DNA of 64,000 nucleotides from NCBI GenBank assembly GCA_043800535.1, contig JAZDMV010000023.1, positions 27,264-91,263 on the forward strand, given 5' to 3'. This document shows, piece after piece, positions 58,003 to 64,000 of this stretch. The first letter of the stretch is position 1. Each line of letters opens with the position of its first letter. The DNA is from a bacterium. Lineage in GTDB: Bacteria > Patescibacteriota > Minisyncoccia > Portnoybacterales > GWB1-42-6. The position numbers and the translations under genes were made by a program. The notes under the pieces are model-generated. The model saw nothing but the letters and a program-made list of their open reading frames with translations. It did not search any database and had not been told where the DNA came from.

Positions 58003-58932
58003 TTAGCTCTGCTTGGCCGCTTCTGCCAGAATGGCCCGCCCGAACTCTGCCACTTTTGAAACAAACACGTATCCGATGATCTTATAAACCAGCTTTGCCG
58101 CTACAAAATCAGGCGCGGCCAGGCCTTCTATCGGCGCCAGCTCCACTACGTCCGCACCAATGATATTTTTCTTGCTTGCCACGGCTTTCAGGATCTCCAT
58201 CGCCTGAATCCACTGCAGTCCACCTGGCTCCGGCGTCCCGGTTGACGGCATTAGGCTTGAATCAAAAACATCAACATCAAAAGTCAGGTAAACATTCTTA
58301 CCAAGAGACCTGACGATCTCCGCGATTTTCCATTTTTTCATGTCTTTGGCCCAGAATGTTTTTATTCTTTTCTGATTTTGCTTCCAGAAACCGAATTCAT
58401 TTGTGTCGGTGCCTATATTTCTTATGCCGACCTGGGTTAAGATAACATTATTTAATTTCAGGCACTGCCGCATAACACAGGCATGGCTAAAAATACTTCC
58501 TTCATATTCGTCGCGCAGGTCCGCGTGCGCGTCAAACTGCAGAATGGAAATTTCTTTATATTTTTTCAGCGCCGCGCGCAGAGCACCCAAAGTCAAAGAA
58601 TGTTCGCCGCCCAAAACAAGCGGGAATTTATCCAGTTTATAAATTTCGTCAGCAATCTGTTCAACCTGCCCAATCGCGGCTTCTTGCGTTTTTTCTATCA
58701 CCGGCTCAGCTAAGGTTGATATCTTAACTTTTTTATAGACATCCGCTTCCAGCTCCTCATCAAACGCTTCAAGGTTCGGGCTCACCTCAATAATTCTTTG
58801 CGGCCCTTTGGCCGTCCCTCTGCCAAAAGTCACGGTTTTTTCCAGCCCGAAAGGCACAATGACAACATCGCTTTTTTCAACCGGAATACTTTCTATATCT
58901 AAAAAGTTTCTTTTTGCCAACCTTAATTCCAT
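58003..58932 (-). CDS. speB: Agmatinase (ureohydrolase)
   Basis: GGEHSLT, QFDAHADLR, SHAC, TFDVDVFD and TGTPEPGG motifs; GGAG SD before ATG 58932. Confidence 0.92.
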   Translation of the reverse strand: MELRLAKRNFLDIESIPVEKSDVVIVPFGLEKTVTFGRGTAKGPQRIIEVSPNLEAFDEELEADVYKKVKISTLAEPVIEKTQEAAIGQVEQIADEIYKLDKFPLVLGGEHSLTLGALRAALKKYKEISILQFDAHADLRDEYEGSIFSHACVMRQCLKLNNVILTQVGIRNIGTDTNEFGFWKQNQKRIKTFWAKDMKKWKIAEIVRSLGKNVYLTFDVDVFDSSLMPSTGTPEPGGLQWIQAMEILKAVASKKNIIGADVVELAPIEGLAAPDFVAAKLVYKIIGYVFVSKVAEFGRAILAEAAKQS

Positions 58933-58987
58933 GATTCTCCAAACGCACATAAACTTCCGTGCTCCCGAGCACGGAAGTTTATGTCTA

Positions 58988-60079
58988 TTAGTTTTTATAT
59001 TTAACACGGACAGGAAAAGTACTCCAGTCAAAAACCGGCTTCTTTCTCCTTTTAGCGTCCGTTAATGATTTTTCAAACAATGTCTGGGCCACAAACGGCA
59101 AAGCAAGAGTGATGTCAGCAAAACACTGCACTTTCTTTGCGCCTTGGCGAACCTTGCCCCACGATTGCGCCTCCTCAAACGTGCAGCCCGAAAGCCCGCC
59201 CCAGTGCGGCGCATCCGTTGTTATTTGAATGGCGTAGGAGTGCGGCTTGCGGAAACCTTCTTTTTCAGGGAACGGGGTATCACTTTTTATATATGAAGGG
59301 TCGGCCAAATCACCAGTCACCTCAGCTGTCTGCTGAATATAATTTTTAGGCACGCCGCCGCCAAGATACACAACTCCGGTTTTTTCAGAATTACGAGTCA
59401 AATAAGCGGACTCGGACAAATCCTTGATCGTATCAACAATAAATTTTTTATTATTTTTCATCGCGCTGTACCAGACAGCGATCCCAATGTAGCTGTCGCC
59501 AAAAGAAGGAATAAAAACCGGCACGCCTTGCTTGTAAGCGTTTATTAAAATAGAATCGGGGTCTTTGGAAATTTTTGACAATTCCCTGCCCATAAGTTCC
59601 GTGATTTCACGCGAAGAATAAACCTGTCCGTCTTTTAAATACTGCGATGCCATGCGTTTTATGAAAAATTCTCCGGTCAGAAGATCCATTTCTTCTGCCA
59701 GGATGTCATATATCCTGACAATGCCTTCTTTGAATAACCGCATATCGTCCATCACCGGCTCGCCGATAAAATGTTCCCTGCCCAACGTCTCAAAGGTTTC
59801 ATGAAACATCTGGGCGCCGGTTGAGACAATCGCATCAACAAATCTGTTCTTGACCAGAAACGCGATAATTTTGCGCATTCCGGCAGGAATAATCGCGCCG
59901 GAAATTCCAAGCCAAATAGTGATCTTTTTTTCCTTCATCATTTCCCGCCAAATTTTTGTTATCTCGCCAAGCTTTCTTCCCTGAAATCCAGCCGACGCCA
60001 AATTCTCCACCAGATCCGAGGTTAATTGTTCTTTTATTTCAACAGGTTTTGTTTTGTGTTGTAGAAAATCTTTTTTCAA
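58988..60079 (-). CDS. Deoxyhypusine synthase-like protein (probable SpeY-type homospermidine biosynthesis enzyme)
   Basis: SGAIIPAGMR, STGA, GGGVPKNY and GGLSGCTFEEAQSWGK (catalytic Lys) motifs. Confidence 0.9.
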   Translation of the reverse strand: MKKDFLQHKTKPVEIKEQLTSDLVENLASAGFQGRKLGEITKIWREMMKEKKITIWLGISGAIIPAGMRKIIAFLVKNRFVDAIVSTGAQMFHETFETLGREHFIGEPVMDDMRLFKEGIVRIYDILAEEMDLLTGEFFIKRMASQYLKDGQVYSSREITELMGRELSKISKDPDSILINAYKQGVPVFIPSFGDSYIGIAVWYSAMKNNKKFIVDTIKDLSESAYLTRNSEKTGVVYLGGGVPKNYIQQTAEVTGDLADPSYIKSDTPFPEKEGFRKPHSYAIQITTDAPHWGGLSGCTFEEAQSWGKVRQGAKKVQCFADITLALPFVAQTLFEKSLTDAKRRKKPVFDWSTFPVRVKYKN

Positions 60080-60085
60080 AGTTGT

Positions 60086-60168
60086 CTACGGATTACGAAT
60101 TTATTACGGATATACGGATTTACATTATGCATTTTATCTGTATATCTGTACTCATCCGTATTCTGTAG
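60086..60168. repeat. CTACGGATTAC...GTATTCTGTAG intergenic inverted repeat
   Basis: Homologous to 62144-62223. Confidence 0.7.
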
Positions 60169-60175
60169 TTAAATT

Positions 60176-61549
60176 TTACCACCCAAACAGCCGTCCCACA
60201 TCTTCAGATGTTTCGCGGCGTCTGGCTATGGTCAGAACTCCGTTTTGCGCTATTATTTTAGCCGGCGAAGAAAGAAGACAGTGGTGCGAAGCGAGAGGAT
60301 CCTGATAGGCACCTGAATCAAAAAGCGTAATATTAAAATATCCGTTGCCGTTCATATCTTCCAGGCGCGGCAATAAAATATAAGCGCCGCCGGCCGTATA
60401 TCGATCGTCAGAGTCACAGGAAGAACCGGCCAGCCAGACTTTTGTCATTTTTTCCGCATCAAGATTAGTCACCGGAACAATGTGCCATTTTTGGTGAACC
60501 GTCCAGGTATCGATCAGATCATTCATGAAACTGCCGTCAATAATGTACCACTTTGAGGCCGCGGCGTTTTGGATCGGCTTTTCGCACAAAACCTTAAAAA
60601 TGGTTATTTGCGTTGGTCCCATAATATACCTGCCCCACTCGGCGATAATATGAGGGTGCGCGATCTCGCGCTCATCGCAAACTTTTTTTATTACTGAGAT
60701 TATCCTTTTTACGATCGTGCTGGGATTATAAAGTTTTTTCTTTTCATAGGGGATTGCCATCCCGCCGCCAATGTCCAAAGTATCCAATGTGGGATTATAT
60801 TTTTTTATCCTGGCATATATCTCAATCGCTTTTCCCACGGCTTCGATTATGCCTTTTTGGTCAGTTGTCTGCGAGCCGACATGATAATGCAAAACTTTCA
60901 AATTCCTGATCCGTCCAAGCTCATAAATTTCTTCCGGCGCCAAGCCGTAACGGTCATTCTTTTTATTCCAGTGGGATTTCGCTTTAATTTCCATTTTCGT
61001 CCTGATACCCACCTCGCCGCGGTAATTTTTCAACGATTCGTATTCATTTTGATCCTCTATGATCGGAATGATGGAAAGCCCTTTTTCTTTCAGCTCCTGG
61101 ATCAGTCCAAGATATTTTTCTGTTTTTGGACCGTTGCAGATGACTCTTATTCTTGAATTAAACTGATCTTGCTCCCAAAGTTTACGCACCAGCCAAAGTT
61201 CATTATATGAGCTTGTTTCCAGGTTGGCGCCTTCGGAGATCAGCGGCAAAACAAATTCTTTGTTCTGATTCACTTTCATCGGATAATGATAGAAGAATCT
61301 CCCTTTATAATCCTGACCCTTGATGTGGAAATTAAAGGTTTGCATCAGGTCTAGATACCGTTTTTCGATCATGAACGGGAATGCGATCTCAAGAGGCGTA
61401 CCGAATTTTGCCACAATGTCGGCGATATTATACTGATAGTTCCCTTCTCTCACAACAAGTTCGTTGTCTTTCGAAATACCAAAAAACTGGGTATTGAATT
61501 CCTCTTTACCCAATTTCCAAAATTTTTCAAACTTTTTTTGTTTTTTCAT
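60176..61549 (-). CDS. speA: Arginine decarboxylase-like fold-III PLP enzyme (short SpeA)
   Basis: YPMKVNQ, ICNGPK, HYHVGSQ, DIGGG, EWGRY, CDSD and GAYQ motifs. Confidence 0.75.
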   Translation of the reverse strand: MKKQKKFEKFWKLGKEEFNTQFFGISKDNELVVREGNYQYNIADIVAKFGTPLEIAFPFMIEKRYLDLMQTFNFHIKGQDYKGRFFYHYPMKVNQNKEFVLPLISEGANLETSSYNELWLVRKLWEQDQFNSRIRVICNGPKTEKYLGLIQELKEKGLSIIPIIEDQNEYESLKNYRGEVGIRTKMEIKAKSHWNKKNDRYGLAPEEIYELGRIRNLKVLHYHVGSQTTDQKGIIEAVGKAIEIYARIKKYNPTLDTLDIGGGMAIPYEKKKLYNPSTIVKRIISVIKKVCDEREIAHPHIIAEWGRYIMGPTQITIFKVLCEKPIQNAAASKWYIIDGSFMNDLIDTWTVHQKWHIVPVTNLDAEKMTKVWLAGSSCDSDDRYTAGGAYILLPRLEDMNGNGYFNITLFDSGAYQDPLASHHCLLSSPAKIIAQNGVLTIARRRETSEDVGRLFGW

Positions 61550-61637
61550 TTTTTAGCCGAATACCTCCTGTACGAATTTACCGTTGTTCTCTGAATTTTC
61601 AATCCCGCAAACGGGATAAAAGCTTAGAGAAAGTCTT

Positions 61638-62027
61638 TTATTCATTCTTTCTAAATCTCGCCAGCGGCGAAATGCTGTATAATTTTTTAACACTTCGGGC
61701 TCCCCGTTTAAACATTGTTTCTTTCTTTGTCTTAAATTTTCGGATCTCGTCCTCGAGCTCTTCTTTGGCGTCATCCATCATGGAATAAGGGTTGCCGCCA
61801 ATCACTTCGCTTCGGAAAAATTTTCCGGGAATCCGTAAATTTACGTCTGCCTGAAAAATATTTCCTTGCCTCTGACCGCCGACTGCTTTAAAAAATTCAA
61901 TTGTCGCTTCAACCAAATTGGGGTCTACGTTTTCCAAAAACTTTTCTAATTTGCCGATCCTTTTTTCTGCGTAGGAATACAGATCGTCTGAAATTTTTAT
62001 TTCTTTACTTTTTATAATAACACGCAT
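61638..62027 (-). CDS. hpf: Ribosome hibernation promoting factor (HPF/RaiA)
   Basis: ISDDLYSYAEKRIGKLEKF...YSMMD...IRKFK. Confidence 0.85.
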   Translation of the reverse strand: MRVIIKSKEIKISDDLYSYAEKRIGKLEKFLENVDPNLVEATIEFFKAVGGQRQGNIFQADVNLRIPGKFFRSEVIGGNPYSMMDDAKEELEDEIRKFKTKKETMFKRGARSVKKLYSISPLARFRKNE

Positions 62028-62143
62028 AATTTTTTTTACAATAGATTTTTTTATTTTTAAATATTTATTCCCTATTTATTATATTACGCTTGATTTTAAA
62101 AAATGCAACACTTTTTGCAAAAAAATCGCTGTGGATAAAAAAA

Positions 62144-62223
62144 CTACGGATTACAGAATTGTACTTACATACAGAATAAATTTATTTTTATCTGTATATC
62201 TGTAATTCATCTGTATTCTGTAG
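62144..62223. repeat. Second copy of the CTACGGATTAC inverted repeat; DnaA box at 62130-62138
   Basis: CTACGGATTACAGAATT...ATCTGTATATCTGTAATTCATCTGTATTCTGTAG. Confidence 0.7.
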
Positions 62224-62228
62224 CTAAT

Positions 62229-63170
62229 CTAAAATCCGACGTATCGCGTTTCTTCTTCTAAATCAACATCAAATTTTTCTTTTACTTTTTCTTTGCAGAT
62301 TTCTGCCAGTTCCAGAACCTCTTTCGCTTTTGCGCCGCCTGTATTAACTATAAAATTTGCGTGCTCATCGGCAATTTTTGCCCCGCCAACCATCCTGCCC
62401 TTAAGGCCGGCCTGTTCGATAAAATAAGCGGCCGCAATTTTTCCGCCTTTTATTTTGTCTGACAGTTCCGGAAATTTTTTGATCAAAGGATCGCCATTTT
62501 TGACCAAATAGTTTTTAAAAAAGCTCCCTGACGAAGCAAGCGGCGGAATTTTGGCGCTCCGCGTCGTCAAGATTTCTTTCATCCTTTCTTTTGCCTTTCC
62601 TCTTTCATCAACCGCCAATTGCAGCTCAACTTCAAAAATTATTAAATTATCCATTTTTTCTTTAAAAGCACTGCCCCGATAACAAAAACAACAGGCATTT
62701 TTATCAAAATTCACGATCTGGCCGTCTACCATCATTGCTTTTGCACCCTTAACACTTTCTGAAATGCTATGACCATAGGCGCCTGCGTTTCCACAGACAG
62801 CTCCGCCGATAGTGCCGGGAATCCCGATCGCCCATTCCAAACCAGCTAAATCATTGTTGACTGACTCAACCACCAATCTTGCCAGCGGTACACCAGCGTC
62901 GGCTTCTATAATACCAAACTCTTGCCCTGAGCGAAGTCGAAAGGTTGAACTTTGAACTTTTATGACCAGACCGTCAAAACCATCATCGCTGACTAGCAAA
63001 TTACTGCCGCCGCCCATAACAAAATAAGGCACGCCTTTTTCTTTCGCCCATAAAAGCGCCTCCTTAATTTCGCCCGTTGTTTTTGCTTCGTAAAAATATC
63101 TGGCCGGCCCGCCGATGCGAAAAGTCGTGTAATCTGCCAACGAAATATTTTCTTTAATTTGGATTTCCAT
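62229..63170 (-). CDS. murB: UDP-N-acetylmuramate dehydrogenase
   Basis: TTFRIGGPA, GGGSNLL, GIPGTIGGA..NAGAYG, GSFFKN and HANF motifs. Confidence 0.96.
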   Translation of the reverse strand: MEIQIKENISLADYTTFRIGGPARYFYEAKTTGEIKEALLWAKEKGVPYFVMGGGSNLLVSDDGFDGLVIKVQSSTFRLRSGQEFGIIEADAGVPLARLVVESVNNDLAGLEWAIGIPGTIGGAVCGNAGAYGHSISESVKGAKAMMVDGQIVNFDKNACCFCYRGSAFKEKMDNLIIFEVELQLAVDERGKAKERMKEILTTRSAKIPPLASSGSFFKNYLVKNGDPLIKKFPELSDKIKGGKIAAAYFIEQAGLKGRMVGGAKIADEHANFIVNTGGAKAKEVLELAEICKEKVKEKFDVDLEEETRYVGF

Positions 63171-63204
63171 TTTAATTCATCTTACAATAAAATTCGCCAA
63201 ATAA

Positions 63205-63239
63205 AAAGGCCTGGAGAGAAGTTTATCTCCGAGGCCTTT
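63205..63239 (-). terminator. Intrinsic terminator
   Basis: AAAGGCCTGGAGA...TCTCCGAGGCCTTT with a U-tract on the minus strand. Confidence 0.6.
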
Positions 63240-63245
63240 GAAAAA

Positions 63246-63998
63246 TCAAAAAACATTTTTGAGCGGTTCCGGGACATCTTCCAGCTCTTTGACTGTCCAT
63301 GGCAATCCCATTACCGCCAATTCCTGCAAAAAAACTTTTGAGCTAAACACTTCATCTTCCGTATTCCTGACTCCCGTCACGCCTTTTCCCCATCTGCCTT
63401 CAAGCAGTAATTTTGCGGCAGTGACTGTGGGAATAGCCGTCGTGTACCCTATCGCGTTACCGCCTGTTTCCAGAAAAGCTTCGCGATGATCACACACCTG
63501 ATATATAAACACGACTTTTTTCTTGCTGCCCTTTATGCCGGATATGACACAGCCGATGCAGGTTTTACCGGTGTAGGTCTGATTGAACTCGTCGCCCTTA
63601 GGCAGGAGCGCCTTTAGAAACTTGATCGGAACGATCTGGTGGCCATCAAACTCAACTGGCTCAATCCCAATCATTCCAATGTTTTTGAGGACCCGCAGAT
63701 ACCAGAGATAGGAGTCACCAAAGGTCATAAAGAAACGGATGCGTTTCAGGTGCGGCAGATGCTTGACCAAACTTTCCATCTCCTCGTGATAGATCATGCA
63801 TGTTTGTTGCCGTCCTGCTTCGGGATAAAAAAAATCAAATTTGACAGGGTTTTCATCGATCAAACGGCCCCGTTCCTTCCATTCTCCGTTCTCCCAAAAA
63901 CGGATCGGCAGGATCAGTTCCCGCAAATTTATTTCCGGGTCAAAGTTAGGAGCAAATTTGAATTTTGCGTCTTTGGTGCCGGCATTACAATCCAAGAT
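63246..63998 (-). CDS. Saccharopine dehydrogenase family, carboxy(nor)spermidine dehydrogenase-like; 5' end lies outside the window
   Basis: LDCNAG, NFDPEINLRE, HEEMESL, RIRFFMTF, FLKALLP and GKTCIGC motifs. Confidence 0.85.
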   Translation of the reverse strand: MLDCNAGTKDAKFKFAPNFDPEINLRELILPIRFWENGEWKERGRLIDENPVKFDFFYPEAGRQQTCMIYHEEMESLVKHLPHLKRIRFFMTFGDSYLWYLRVLKNIGMIGIEPVEFDGHQIVPIKFLKALLPKGDEFNQTYTGKTCIGCVISGIKGSKKKVVFIYQVCDHREAFLETGGNAIGYTTAIPTVTAAKLLLEGRWGKGVTGVRNTEDEVFSSKVFLQELAVMGLPWTVKELEDVPEPLKNVF

Positions 63999-64000
63999 GT

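Noticed and set aside
58988-60079. DHS-like enzyme as an EF-P hypusination system
   Set aside because: EF-P here appears to lack a Lys at the tip, and the gene sits between speA-like and speB, which fits polyamine synthesis
1-64000. Alternative genetic code (UGA=Gly), introns or inteins
   Set aside because: TGA terminates ddl, rpmJ and others; core genes are uninterrupted apart from short in-frame repeat inserts, which lack intein or intron motifs

Overview
A 64-kb chromosomal window from a Patescibacteria (CPR) genome, most likely Parcubacteria; this assignment is inferred from gene content and order. It uses genetic code 11, since TGA acts as a stop. Most genes are on the minus strand and are core functions. 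Cell wall and division genes: ftsQ, ddl, mrdA, mreD, mreC, two mreB paralogues, murA, murB and an FtsA-like gene. Translation genes: serS, lysS, alaS, frr, efp, mnmA, hpf and the infA-rpmJ-rpsM-rpsK-rpsD-rpoA-rplQ-rplM-rpsI cluster. It also holds greA, holB, secA/secD/secF, four glycosyltransferases, two TraG/VirD4-like ATPase loci and a polyamine cluster (SpeA-like, DHS-like, agmatinase, CASDH). No rRNA, tRNA, CRISPR array, integrase or transposase was recognised. Four unexplained signals stand out. (1) Single-gene cassettes lie in tandem downstream of secA, separated by decayed copies of the last 14 codons of secA that share a 26-nt junction, resembling an integron whose attachment site is the secA tail. 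(2) Several palindromic repeat families are inserted in frame in housekeeping genes (mnmA, secA, holB, murB, a GT4) and nested within one another in intergenic spacers. (3) A candidate ~200-nt sRNA with its own promoter and terminator displays anti-Shine-Dalgarno motifs. (4) Several core genes look leaderless, whereas orphan genes carry a boxA-like motif and AGGAGG. Product calls come from motif recognition only; no database search was run.
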